Source: an uncultured Acidobacteriota bacterium
GTDB taxonomy: Bacteria > Actinomycetota > Acidimicrobiia > Spongiisociales > ZC4RG35
NCBI GenBank assembly: GCA_963720925.1
Contig: CAVRHE010000007.1
Location: 976,603 to 1,040,602 of the forward strand
Direction: 5' to 3'
Length of the DNA stretch: 64,000 nucleotides
Below are positions 27,642 through 37,089 of this stretch, one piece after another; position 1 is the first letter of the stretch; each line of letters opens with the position of its first letter. Made by a program: the position numbers and the translations under genes. The notes under the pieces were generated by a model. The model was given only the letters and a program-made list of their open reading frames with translations. It made no database searches and had not been told where the DNA came from.

Positions 27642-28747
27642 TCCGTGATTCCCTCCGCGATTGCATCCAGATCGAGCATCCCTCGATAGATCCCGTCGTC
27701 GACGACCACGGCCACCCGCGCATGGCTGGTCACCACGGCGTCGAGGGCAGAGCGCAGGTACGAGTCGCTTCGCAGCGTCACGAGGAAAGGTCTCGGCTCC
27801 AAATCCCGGAGTGGGGTGCGATCCACGAGGATGCCGTCGACCCATCCGAGGAGCCGGCCGTCATCGAGAAGCCCGAGCCAGTCGACTCCATGCTGTTCCA
27901 TCACCCGACGTGCCTGATCCGGGGTCACCGAGACGTCCACGAACGGCCCTGGCTCGAGATGCGCCTTGCTGATCGGGAGCAGAGCGAGGCGCTTCAGGCC
28001 GCGTTCCCCGCCGAGAAATCTCTCCACGAAGTCGCTCGTCGGCTCGGCCAACACCTTCTCCGGTGTGTCGTATTGCTCGATGATGCCGCCGATGTTGAGC
28101 ACGACCATGCGGTCCCCGAGCAAGATCGCCTCGTCGACGTCGTGCGTGACAAACACGACCGTCTTCCCCAAACGAGCTTGAAGGTCGTGGAATTCGGATT
28201 GCAGCCGCTTCCTCACGATCGGGTCGACCGCACCGAAAGGCTCGTCCATCAGCAGGACCGGGGGATCGGCGGCGAGAGCGCGGGCCACGCCGGCCCTCTG
28301 CTGTTGACCACCGGACAGCTCCGACGGGTACCGGGTCATCATCTCGGCGTCCAGTCCGACCACCTCTACCAGCTCGGCCACACGCTCATCGATCCTCTTC
28401 TGGTCCCAGGCGAGGAGAGCGGGGACGGTGCCGATGTTTTGGGCGATGGTGCGATGAGGGAAAAGGCCGATCTGCTGGATCACGTAGCCGATCGAACGGC
28501 GCAACTCGTGTGGAGGTATGGCCATGGCATCCCGCCCATCGATCTCGATCGTGCCGGAGCTGGGCTCGATGATCCGGTTGATCATCTTCAGCGTCGTGGT
28601 CTTCCCGCATCCCGACGGGCCGATGAGTGTGACGCACTCGCCGCGCATCACGTCGAGGCTGAGGTCTGTCACCGCGGCGCGAGTGGTCCCCGGAAAGACT
28701 TTCCTCACGTTCTCGAGATGGATCATCGCTTCGCCGGCCACCAGCAC
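27638..28747 (-). CDS. ABC transporter ATP-binding protein with C-terminal CBS pair (OpuCA/ProV-like)
   Basis: 369 aa with GPSGCGKTT, LSGGQQQR and LLMDEPFGA, plus a C-terminal CBS-like tail. Confidence 0.88.
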   Translation of the reverse strand: MLVAGEAMIHLENVRKVFPGTTRAAVTDLSLDVMRGECVTLIGPSGCGKTTTLKMINRIIEPSSGTIEIDGRDAMAIPPHELRRSIGYVIQQIGLFPHRTIAQNIGTVPALLAWDQKRIDERVAELVEVVGLDAEMMTRYPSELSGGQQQRAGVARALAADPPVLLMDEPFGAVDPIVRKRLQSEFHDLQARLGKTVVFVTHDVDEAILLGDRMVVLNIGGIIEQYDTPEKVLAEPTSDFVERFLGGERGLKRLALLPISKAHLEPGPFVDVSVTPDQARRVMEQHGVDWLGLLDDGRLLGWVDGILVDRTPLRDLEPRPFLVTLRSDSYLRSALDAVVTSHARVAVVVDDGIYRGMLDLDAIAEGITE

Positions 28748-28781
28748 CTCCTAGGCCAGGGGCACAGTAGGTGAGCTCAGG

Positions 28782-29693
28782 TCATCCCAGGTTGGCGAGA
28801 AATGCGAGTACCGAGTCGACATAGCCCTGCCGATCGACGTCGTACGACTCGACGTGACCGGCCCCTTCGACCGTGATCAGTTGGATCAGATCGGGGTTCG
28901 TCGCCTCGAGATCGAGACTCGTCTCGAGCGGGACACTCAGGTCCGCGGTCCCGTGGTGGATGAGCACGGGTTGGCGAATGGTCTCGTCTGCATCAGCTAT
29001 GTAGTCGAGGAGCTTCCAATTGACGCCGATGCGCAACGAGGTGATGAACTTGGCCGAGGCCGACACTGTGGGCGGGACCGGGAGCGGCAGCACCGGGAGA
29101 TCCCTTTGACTGGCGGCGTAGTCCACGGTCCGGCCGAAGTCGACGTTCGGCGCATCCAAGAGCATCCCGATCACGACCTCCTGCGGCTGCCGGGAGAGGT
29201 ACGACATCGCGTGGGCGCCACCGGTCGAAAACCCGCTGAGCACGATGTTCTGTGCGCCGTTGGCCGAGGCGTACTCGACGGCACCTGCCACATCCTCCCA
29301 CTCGGTGGCTCCGTATTGGTAGTACCCCGACGGATCCACCGGTTGACCTTCGTCATTGCGATACGTGATCGACAATTGGGGATAGCCGGCGCCCTGCAAC
29401 GGCGCGAACAATGGCTCGGCTTCTGCGGGAGAGGTCCCCAGGCCGTGGATGTGGACGACCCACGTCGGGCCCTCGGCAGGCAGATACCAGGCGTCCATCT
29501 CACCCAACGGCGAGGCATAACTCACCTCTTCCAACTCGAATGCGCCTCGCACCGGCGTGATCGGATCAGGGTCGGGCTCGAATCCGTCCTGAATCAGCTC
29601 GCTCGAGAAGTACCAGCCGCCTGCGATGTGAAACACCAGCACCAGTCCAACCACGAGCCAGAAAACCCCCCAAAACGAAATCCTGAATCTCAC
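28782..29693 (-). CDS. Alpha/beta hydrolase with N-terminal membrane anchor
   Basis: 303 aa with an N-terminal TM, HIHGLG and nucleophile elbow GFSTGG. Confidence 0.7.
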   Translation of the reverse strand: MRFRISFWGVFWLVVGLVLVFHIAGGWYFSSELIQDGFEPDPDPITPVRGAFELEEVSYASPLGEMDAWYLPAEGPTWVVHIHGLGTSPAEAEPLFAPLQGAGYPQLSITYRNDEGQPVDPSGYYQYGATEWEDVAGAVEYASANGAQNIVLSGFSTGGAHAMSYLSRQPQEVVIGMLLDAPNVDFGRTVDYAASQRDLPVLPLPVPPTVSASAKFITSLRIGVNWKLLDYIADADETIRQPVLIHHGTADLSVPLETSLDLEATNPDLIQLITVEGAGHVESYDVDRQGYVDSVLAFLANLG

Positions 29694-29714
29694 CGGCGGA
29701 GATTCTGCCCGGAT

Positions 29715-30614
29715 TCAGGCCACTGGCAACGACAAACCACCGACGAGGTGCTCGTCGTGGTCGGTGACGGGGATCGGATCCCGGCCAAAGGTTGGCTCGA
29801 GCACCATGGCCTCAGCGATGGTTTCGTCGACCCTGGCCGACAGGGCTTCCTCCATGAGGGAACCAACCGGGGAGTCGCCGGCGCCCTCCAGGCTCTCCCG
29901 ACGAACGAGACCGATCAGCAGACCCTCATCGGCGACCGCCAATACGTGCTGCTCATGAAGCCGGAGGGTGTCGTCGGCTAGACGCATCGGGCTGACGAAG
30001 ACAGGGTCCCCCATCCATCGGAACACTCGGTCCGGAGCGCTGCGCACCATGATGGCGCCGGCGGGCGCCCTGCTCCTCAGCCTGGCTCCCGGGCCGAACA
30101 TCGACCTCTGCAGCCAGGACCCACCGGGAGCCCCGAAGACAACGAGCGTCCCCTCCTCGAGGCTCTCCACGAGCTCGGAGATTCCCTCCACCTCCACGAC
30201 TCTGCCCCCGATTTCGGGTACCGACAACCCGATGTGGTCGAGAAGATCCTCGGCTTCCCGTGGATCATCTCCGGGCCGAATGGCCGACAACATCTCGGAC
30301 TCGACGCCGAGCCCACGCCCCAGACGCGAGGCGGTATCGGCCGCCAGGAAGGAATGGGGCCCGCCGGCCACGGCCGAAACCACCCGCTTCACGTTCTGGG
30401 GGACGAAGTCGAGGGGCACGGCGACACTCACCAGATCGAACGAGCCGGGGAATCTGCGCGAGACGAGGAGATCGGCCCGATGGGTGATGCACTGCTCGAC
30501 GAGGTCGCCGGTGATGCGGTCAGGGACGTCCTCCGAGAGAAGAGCCGCCAGCTCGGAGCAACCGTTGCCCCGTGTCCAAACCACCGTCATCTCGTTCCCC
30601 GCCGCTGGGGTCAC
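29715..30614 (-). CDS. Hypothetical protein with C-terminal CBS-like domain
   Basis: 299 aa. The C-terminal third (VSPMRLADDTL...VLAVADEGLLIGLV) is CBS-like and the N-terminal part resembles a USP fold. Weak assignment. Confidence 0.45.
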   Translation of the reverse strand: MTPAAGNEMTVVWTRGNGCSELAALLSEDVPDRITGDLVEQCITHRADLLVSRRFPGSFDLVSVAVPLDFVPQNVKRVVSAVAGGPHSFLAADTASRLGRGLGVESEMLSAIRPGDDPREAEDLLDHIGLSVPEIGGRVVEVEGISELVESLEEGTLVVFGAPGGSWLQRSMFGPGARLRSRAPAGAIMVRSAPDRVFRWMGDPVFVSPMRLADDTLRLHEQHVLAVADEGLLIGLVRRESLEGAGDSPVGSLMEEALSARVDETIAEAMVLEPTFGRDPIPVTDHDEHLVGGLSLPVA

Positions 30615-30755
30615 TCGCCCACTCCCTCCGTGATGAATCGCGGTCCTGGCTTGGGCGACCCCGAACCGCCGCCGTCACCATAAGCCATTCAACGACCCAT
30701 GTCACCGATCAGTTTCTGCGTTCGGTCACGCCTCGCAAGTGGGAACATTGGGGAC

Positions 30756-31352
30756 ATGGAATTCGACGAGGTCATCCGCAAACGTCGCATGGTGCGAAAT
30801 TACGCCCCCGACCCATTGCCACCGGAAGCTCTCGACAAGATCGTCGATGCCGGGCTGAGGGCACCTTCGGCGGGGTACAGCCAGGGAATTGGATTCGTGA
30901 TCGTGACCGACGCCGGCACCCGCAACTCGATCGCCTCACTCGCCGAAGAGGCGGAATACGTCGCGGCCGGGTTCGATCCATGGATCTCCACCGCGCCGGC
31001 CCATGTGGTGATCACTGTCAGCGAGTCGATCTACAGGGAGCGCTATCGGGAGCCAGACAAGCTGGGGCCCAACGGGGAAGAGATCGACTGGCCGGTTCCC
31101 TACTGGTGGGTCGACGCCGGAGCCGCGATGATGGCCGTCCTCCTTGCCGCGGTGAACGAAGGACTTGTCGCCGGGTTCCTCGGTGTCCATTCGATGCACG
31201 ACCTGGCTTCCCTTCTCGAAATACCGGACCAGCACAGCCCGATAGGCGTGGTGACAGTCGGATATCCAATGCCAGACCGTCGATCGGGCAGCCTGTCCCG
31301 TGGCAAACGACCCCGCGCCTCCGTCGTTCACCGGGAGCGTTGGGCAGGCTGA
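30756..31352 (+). CDS. Nitroreductase family protein
   Basis: Starting at ATG 30756 gives MEFDEVIRKRRMVRNYAPDPLP...APSAGYSQG. Confidence 0.8.
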   Translation: MEFDEVIRKRRMVRNYAPDPLPPEALDKIVDAGLRAPSAGYSQGIGFVIVTDAGTRNSIASLAEEAEYVAAGFDPWISTAPAHVVITVSESIYRERYREPDKLGPNGEEIDWPVPYWWVDAGAAMMAVLLAAVNEGLVAGFLGVHSMHDLASLLEIPDQHSPIGVVTVGYPMPDRRSGSLSRGKRPRASVVHRERWAG

Positions 31353-32120
31353 TGGATATCAATTCGGCGGCGAACCCCCGGATCAAGCGATTGGTCTCGC
31401 TTCGGGATCGCAAGGAACGAGAACGGGAGTCGGTGTTCGTCGTCGAGGGCTCCAGGGACCTGGCCCGGGCAGTCGCCAAGGGTCACCGACCGCTCGAGAT
31501 TTACTACGACCCGGCCCAATTCCCCGGCCCACCGCAACGCGCCGGGTCCGAGGTGTCGGTGGCGACGGCTGCCTTGGATCGGGCCTCGTATCGGGGTAGA
31601 TCGCAAGGAGTGATCGGGGTCTTCGGACAATTCGATGTGACTCTCGATCATCTGGCACCGGGACCTGATCCCTTGTTCCTGATGGCCGAGTCGATCGAGA
31701 AGCCGGGGAATCTGGGCGCTCTGCTCCGGACTGCCGATGCCATAGGGGCCGACGCGGTGATCGCGGCCGATCCCGACACCGACGCCTTCAATCCGAACGT
31801 GATTCGGGCTTCTACTGGAGCGATCTTCTCGGTGCCGTTGGGCGTCGCCGGCCTCGATCTCGCCGTCTCCTGGGTTCGGGCTCGTGGGGCGCGGATCGTG
31901 GCTGCCGACCCTGGGGCCTCCGACCTCCTGTGGGACGCAGACCTGACTGGCCCTCTGGCCCTTCTCGTTGGTGCCGAGGACACCGGACTCACCACATCCG
32001 CCCGGGCGGCGGCGGACACGCATCATCTCCCTACCGATGCGTGGCTCGACCGACTCGCTCAATGTCTCGGTCTCCATGGCCGTGCTCGCCTACGAGGCGT
32101 TACGGCAAAGATCTTCTTAG
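31352..32120 (+). pseudogene. TrmH/SpoU-family RNA 2'-O-methyltransferase with one frame break
   Basis: MDINSAANPRIKRL...EKPGNLGALLRTADA...GAEDTGL...AAADTH, then a frame change near 32021-32026. Own translation of the new frame gives ISLPMRGSTDSLNVSVSMAVLAYEALRQRSS, with stop at 32118-32120. Confidence 0.82.
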
Positions 32121-32160
32121 TCCTTGCACCGAACATACGTTCGATTAGGCTCGGACGGGC

Positions 32161-33798
32161 GTGGCCGCCCTGCTCCAACCCAGCTTCGACGACCTCTCCA
32201 CGCCGCTGTTCGATGTCACCTTCTGTGTCCTCGATCTGGAGACGACCGGTGGATCGCCGCGGGATTGCGCCATCACCGAGATAGGGGCGGTCAAATATCG
32301 GGGCGGCGAGCTGTTAGGAACGTTTCAGACGCTGGTCGATCCCGGACTGCCCATCCCGCCCTTGATCACCATCCTCACCGGAATCACCGAGGCCATGGTG
32401 ATCGAGGCGCCGGATATCGGAACTGCCCTTCCTACTTTCCTCGAGTTCATCGGCGACGCAGTGATCGTCGGACACAACATCCGCTTCGACATGTCGTTCC
32501 TCAATGCGGCCGCAGGCCTTCACGGCTACCCGCCCCTGAGCAATGACACGGTCGACACCGCCGGGCTGGGACGGCGTCTCGTGAGGGAGGAGGTGAGGAA
32601 CCTGAGGCTGCAGACCCTCGCCGCTCATTTCCGCAGCCCGGTCACCCCGATCCACCGTGCCCTCGACGACGCCCGGGCCACAGCCCATGTGCTTCACGGG
32701 CTGTTGGAGCGGGCGGGGAGCCTCGGCGTAACGAATCTGGACGACCTGCTCCAACTCCCCCGGGCCCGGGGCTCTGCGCATTACTCCAAGATCCGGTTGA
32801 CCGAAGCCCTCCCCCGGCAACCCGGGGTCTACCTGTTTCGGGACCGCCATGGCACCCCGATCTATGTGGGCAAGGCGACCAATTTGAGGGCGAGAGTCCG
32901 CCAGTATTTCTATGGAGACCAGCGCCGGACCATCGGCAGTCTGATGCGTGAGCTCGATTCGGTCGACCACATCGTTTGCCCGACGCCCCTGGAAGCCGAA
33001 ATCACCGAGCTCCGGCTCATCCACACCTACCGGCCCCGCTACAACCGCCGGTCCCGTCCCCCAAAGTCATCGCACTGGGTCAAATTGACCGATGAGCCCT
33101 TTCCCAGGCTGTCGGTGGTCAGGACCCTCAAGACGAATGCGCTGGCCTATCTCGGCCCGTTCCGGTCCAAGACCGCGGCCGACCTGGTCGTGGCCGCCCT
33201 GTGGGACGCCACCATGATCAGACGTTGCTCGTCGCGTCCAGGCACCAGGTCGGCACGGTGCGCTCCCGCCCAAATGGGTGTTGCGCTCTGCCCGTGCGAC
33301 GGAAGCCTCGACCCCATCGAATACCAGCGAGTGGTCGATCAGATCATCGAAGGGATCTCCAATCGATCCGACCTGCTCCTCGAGCCGCTAGCGGATCGAA
33401 TGGGCCAGCTCTCTTCCGAGCAGCGATACGAGGAAGCCGGTTGGGCCCGGGACCGTCATGAGGCACTGGCCCGGGCCATCGACACGAGCCGAACCTGGAT
33501 CGCCCTGGAGGGTCTGGGCGTCTGCGAAATGGAGGGAGAAGACGGTTCCCATGTCGTCGTCGACCACGGGCGGCTGGTCTGCACCTGGCGAGCCGGCTCC
33601 AGCCCGCCTCTGCGGCCCGCGCCCGAAGTCAGTGATGAGCCAGAGAATGATGTCCCGGACTCTGTGGAGACGGCCGAGGAGGCACGGCTGATCTGGAATT
33701 GGATCAAGTCCACGCCCCTGCGTCTCGTCGACGCCACCGGCACGCTCTCCCTGCCGGCACGACCCGTCGCCCATCTCGTGACACGGTCAGGTCGGTAG
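32161..33798 (+). CDS. DEDD (DnaQ-like) 3'-5' exonuclease fused to a GIY-YIG nuclease domain
   Basis: 545 aa. Exo motifs FCVLDLETTGG, VGHNIRFDMSFL and HRALDDARA, followed by GIY-YIG PGVYLFRDRHGTPIYVGKATNLRARVRQYF. Confidence 0.85.
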   Translation: MAALLQPSFDDLSTPLFDVTFCVLDLETTGGSPRDCAITEIGAVKYRGGELLGTFQTLVDPGLPIPPLITILTGITEAMVIEAPDIGTALPTFLEFIGDAVIVGHNIRFDMSFLNAAAGLHGYPPLSNDTVDTAGLGRRLVREEVRNLRLQTLAAHFRSPVTPIHRALDDARATAHVLHGLLERAGSLGVTNLDDLLQLPRARGSAHYSKIRLTEALPRQPGVYLFRDRHGTPIYVGKATNLRARVRQYFYGDQRRTIGSLMRELDSVDHIVCPTPLEAEITELRLIHTYRPRYNRRSRPPKSSHWVKLTDEPFPRLSVVRTLKTNALAYLGPFRSKTAADLVVAALWDATMIRRCSSRPGTRSARCAPAQMGVALCPCDGSLDPIEYQRVVDQIIEGISNRSDLLLEPLADRMGQLSSEQRYEEAGWARDRHEALARAIDTSRTWIALEGLGVCEMEGEDGSHVVVDHGRLVCTWRAGSSPPLRPAPEVSDEPENDVPDSVETAEEARLIWNWIKSTPLRLVDATGTLSLPARPVAHLVTRSGR

Positions 33799-34493
33799 CT
33801 CGTCGATCTCGATCCAGGTCGCAGCCGCGATCGGCCATTTCAACCCCGGCGTCGTCGAGCAACGCCGATCCGGCGCGGTGCTTTCGCCCTTCGACCCCGA
33901 TCGGCCAACCGATGGCGACCAGTCGCTCCCCGATCTCGGGCAACCGGTCGATCCGGGCCGTCAAGACGGCCGAGGAGGGCAATCGGGGCGCTGTCCAGGC
34001 CGAAGTACGACGGGCAATCGAGGGCGGCCCAGACATGACGGCGATCTATCACGCCTCCTGCGCCGGCCAGGGACTCGTCGGGAGCCCAGGGGGCGGCCAC
34101 CACGGTCGACCCGTCGAGATGGCCGGGGAAGATGCGCAGTCCGTCCCCCGGCGCACGATCTGGCCCGCAAACGAAACAAGCCGGGAATGGGTGGGCCTCG
34201 AAGCCGGCATACCGTCGGGATGCAGCCGCGGCGGTATCGAAACTCGGGTGGGCGGGGGCGAGTACTTCGAGGGTGTCGTTCATCGCCTCGCCAACGAGGT
34301 CATCTCCGTCCATCAGCCGCATCTGCCCGCCGTCGCCGACGAGGCTCAACGGCACATCGAGTGGTGGAGGGCGACGAAGTGTCGCCGTGGCGACACCACC
34401 GATGTTCTCAGCGAGGACGCCACACGCGTATCCGCCGTTGGCGCTGTTGGGCGGCCCACGGAATCGGGGGTCGATGACGATCTCCGTGCTCAT
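33787..34493 (-). pseudogene. Hotdog-fold (PaaI-like) thioesterase with two frame breaks
   Basis: Frame A reads MSTEIVIDPRFRGPPNSANGGYACG...CFVCG...APIALLGRL. Frame B reads TARIDRLPEIGERLVAIGWPIGVEGRKHRAGSALLDDAGVEMA. Frame C reads IAAATWIEIDELPT then stop. Junctions near 33955-33968 and 33828-33836. Confidence 0.6.
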
Positions 34494-34559
34494 CCATTGC
34501 TCAACCTAATAACAGCCCTGGAACTTGAGTCTGACCCGGTAGCCAATGAGACTCACCGG

Positions 34560-35204
34560 GTGGGCACCCACATCGAACTCGAGGATGCAGGTGTCTCGCT
34601 TGGTGGCCAGACCATCCTGCGCGGCCTGACCCTGTCCGTCGGCACCGCCGAGGTCCTCGGCATCGCCGGGCCGAACGGGTCGGGCAAGACGACCTTGCTT
34701 CGCCTCCTGGCCACCCTCAGCGCACCGGACCAGGGCACCGGACGGATCCTGGGCGCAGCGCTCGGGACGCCCGAAGTGCATCGGATCCGCCGCGAGATCG
34801 GCCTCATCGGCCACATCCCCACCGTGGTCGCCGAGCTGACCCTTCGGGAGAACCTCGAGCATGCCACCCGCCTCTTTGGTGGAGACACGTCCAGGATCGA
34901 ACGCGCCCTGCAGGTGGTCGGCTTGGCCGAGGCGGCGGACCGAAAGGTCGAGCAGAGCTCGTACGGCATGCTGCGCCGCACAGAAGCAGCCAGGCTGCTC
35001 ATCACCAAGCCCAGAGTGCTCCTGCTCGATGAGGCGTTTTCGGGTCTCGACGTCCACGCCCAGGACCTGATCGATGCCCTCATCGCCCGGACCACGGATA
35101 GCGGGGGCGCCGTCGTGATGGTGTCCCACGATGCCGCTCATCTCGCCGAGCGTTCCGGGAGGGTTCTGGCCCTCGCCGCAGGGCGTCTGGAGCAGGTGGC
35201 ATGA
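34560..35204 (+). CDS. ccmA: Heme exporter ATP-binding protein CcmA
   Basis: GPNGSGKTTLL and LLLDEAFSGLD. First gene of the ccm operon. Start uncertain: GTG 34560 is the first plausible in-frame start after the convergent gene. Confidence 0.8.
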   Translation: MGTHIELEDAGVSLGGQTILRGLTLSVGTAEVLGIAGPNGSGKTTLLRLLATLSAPDQGTGRILGAALGTPEVHRIRREIGLIGHIPTVVAELTLRENLEHATRLFGGDTSRIERALQVVGLAEAADRKVEQSSYGMLRRTEAARLLITKPRVLLLDEAFSGLDVHAQDLIDALIARTTDSGGAVVMVSHDAAHLAERSGRVLALAAGRLEQVA

Positions 35205-35875
35205 CATTCTGGGATCAGGCCGTCGAGATCGCACGGGTCGACCTTCGTATCGAACGGCGTATGGGTGATGTGCTGCGGATCATCCTGCCTTTCGCCGTCA
35301 TCGCAGTTCTCGTGATCCCCCTGGCGCTCGGCGTGAACCTCGCGGCCATTTCAGAGCTCGGGCCTGCAGTGTTCTGGGCGATCGGCGTCCTGTTCGGCAT
35401 GCAGGTGGCATTGCGCCAGGCTGCCGACGATCGACCAGAGCGAAGGGACCTCTACTCGCTCCTCGGGGTCGACCCTGCGGCCCGCTTCGTCGGTCGCTCA
35501 CTGTCGGGGTCGACGCTGACAGCGAGCTTCATGGTCGTCCTACTGATCGCGACCTTCGTCCTGTACAGCCCGCGCCTTCCGTCTGGCTGGCCGGGCCCGG
35601 TGATCCTCGCTTTGCTCCTCACCGCGGTCGGTCTCACCGAGCTCGGGACGCTGGCGGGTGAAGTCACGTCGGGATTGCGGAGTCGCACCGCCCTTGCGTC
35701 GTTGATCATCGCTCCGTTGGCGATCCCGCTGGTCATCGGAGCGTCCCAGACCCTGGAATCACTAACCCGGGACACAAGTATCCTGCCCTGGTTGTTGCTC
35801 CTGGTCGCGACCGACCTGGCGCTGGCAGTGGCCGGCGTCGCCCTGGCAAGACCCCTCGAGGAGGCTTCGAGATGA
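35201..35875 (+). CDS. ccmB: Heme exporter permease CcmB
   Basis: 224 aa with six hydrophobic helices. 4-nt overlaps with ccmA and ccmC. Confidence 0.75.
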   Translation: MTFWDQAVEIARVDLRIERRMGDVLRIILPFAVIAVLVIPLALGVNLAAISELGPAVFWAIGVLFGMQVALRQAADDRPERRDLYSLLGVDPAARFVGRSLSGSTLTASFMVVLLIATFVLYSPRLPSGWPGPVILALLLTAVGLTELGTLAGEVTSGLRSRTALASLIIAPLAIPLVIGASQTLESLTRDTSILPWLLLLVATDLALAVAGVALARPLEEASR

Positions 35876-36582
35876 AACGAGTCCGCATTCTGATGGCCAT
35901 CGCTGCTGCAGCGATGGTTGCGGGCCTCTATCTCACCCTCACCTCGCCCACCGACCGTCTCCAGGGCGAGTTCACCCGGATCGTCAACATCCACGCCCCT
36001 TCGATGTGGGTCGCCTTTCTCGCCTTCGGTGTCACCGCCCTCGCTTCCATCCTCTGGCTGGTGCGGAAGACCGACCGGTGGGACCGACTTGCGGAGGCAT
36101 CTGTGGAAACCGGCGTCCTGTTCACAGCGACCGGCTTGTTCACAGGGATGGTTTGGGGGCAAGCAGTCTGGGGAAGAGCCTGGGACTGGGCCGATCCACG
36201 CATGGCATCGACGGCGGTCATGTTCTTCGTCTACGTCGGGTATCTCGCGCTACGCCAGGCCACGCCCGACCCGGTGATGCGGGCGAGACGATCAGCCATC
36301 CTCGGCGCCATCGCCGTGGTGCAGGTGCCGCTGGTGTACTTCTCCGTCAACCTGTTTCGTTCCCTCCACCAGACCCAGTCGATCAGGCCCGACGGCGCCA
36401 CGATGCCGGACGAGATGGTGATCGCCCTGTTGGTCAACTTTCTCGCCTTCACGCTCCTGTATGTGGCGCTGACCGCAGCAAGGGTCGAGGTGGCCAAGGC
36501 CGAGGAGGCAAAATCGAGCGAGACCGTCCCGGCTGGGGACGCGGTGGCCGCTCCCCTGTTGTCCGAGGTCGAGGATGTCTGA
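35872..36582 (+). CDS. ccmC: Heme exporter/handling protein CcmC
   Basis: 236 aa with RIVNIHAPSMW and the tryptophan-rich WGRAWDWADPR (WWD) motif. Confidence 0.88.
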   Translation: MKRVRILMAIAAAAMVAGLYLTLTSPTDRLQGEFTRIVNIHAPSMWVAFLAFGVTALASILWLVRKTDRWDRLAEASVETGVLFTATGLFTGMVWGQAVWGRAWDWADPRMASTAVMFFVYVGYLALRQATPDPVMRARRSAILGAIAVVQVPLVYFSVNLFRSLHQTQSIRPDGATMPDEMVIALLVNFLAFTLLYVALTAARVEVAKAEEAKSSETVPAGDAVAAPLLSEVEDV

Positions 36583-36679
36583 TCAGGTCATCGTCTTCGG
36601 CACCTTCTTGATCTGCTACTCCGCTTTCGTCTGGTACGCAGCCCGCCTCCATCTGCGGCATCGGCGAGCCAAGGGCTGA
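36575..36679 (+). CDS. ccmD: CcmD-like small membrane protein (34 aa)
   Basis: Own translation gives MSDQVIVFGTFLICYSAFVWYAARLHLRHRRAKG, one TM plus a basic tail. Overlaps the ccmC stop and ends 2 nt before ccmE. Too short for the ORF track. Confidence 0.6.
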   Translation: MSDQVIVFGTFLICYSAFVWYAARLHLRHRRAKG

Positions 36680-36681
36680 CG

Positions 36682-37089
36682 GTGATTCACCGCCGATTCG
36701 TCTACCTCGGCATCGGGGGGGTGGTCGCCATCGTGCTGGCCCTGACCTTCACCGGGCTGAATGACAGCCTCACCTATTACCTCTACCCCTCCGAGGCCGT
36801 GGACCAGCGAGCCGACTTCCCCGACGGTGAGCGCTTTCGACTTGCCGGAATCGTCGTGGCGGGGACCGTGGTGGAAGCTGATGGATCGACCAGCTTCGCC
36901 GTGACCGATGGCGGCGCCGATATCCCGGTAGTCCTCAGTGGCCCCCAGCCGTCGCTCTTCGCCGAGGAAATCCCTCTGCTCCTCGAAGGCGCCTGGTCCG
37001 GGGACACGTTCGAGGCTGACTCGGCGCTGATCCGCCATGACGAGAACTACGAGGTCCCCGAGGAGGGCGGGGCCTACCCGGAGGGTTGA
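36682..37089 (+). CDS. ccmE: Cytochrome c-type biogenesis heme chaperone CcmE
   Basis: 135 aa with an N-terminal TM and an OB-fold-like core. Heme-binding HxxxY is present as RHDENYEVP. Confidence 0.88.
   Translation: MIHRRFVYLGIGGVVAIVLALTFTGLNDSLTYYLYPSEAVDQRADFPDGERFRLAGIVVAGTVVEADGSTSFAVTDGGADIPVVLSGPQPSLFAEEIPLLLEGAWSGDTFEADSALIRHDENYEVPEEGGAYPEG

Noticed and set aside
27614-28774. 386-aa plus-strand ORF (and 28854-29981, 375 aa)
   Set aside because: Both are antisense, one to the ABC ATPase and one to the alpha/beta hydrolase, and have no motifs.
30572-32284. 570-aa plus-strand ORF
   Set aside because: It is a composite. The first ~260 codons are an out-of-frame reading of the nitroreductase gene. 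Only 31352 onward (TrmH-like) is real, and its tail is a frameshift read-through.
33699-34559. N-terminal 287 codons of the 501-aa ORF ending as ccmA
   Set aside because: This part is antisense to the thioesterase gene. The CcmA homology begins at about 34560.
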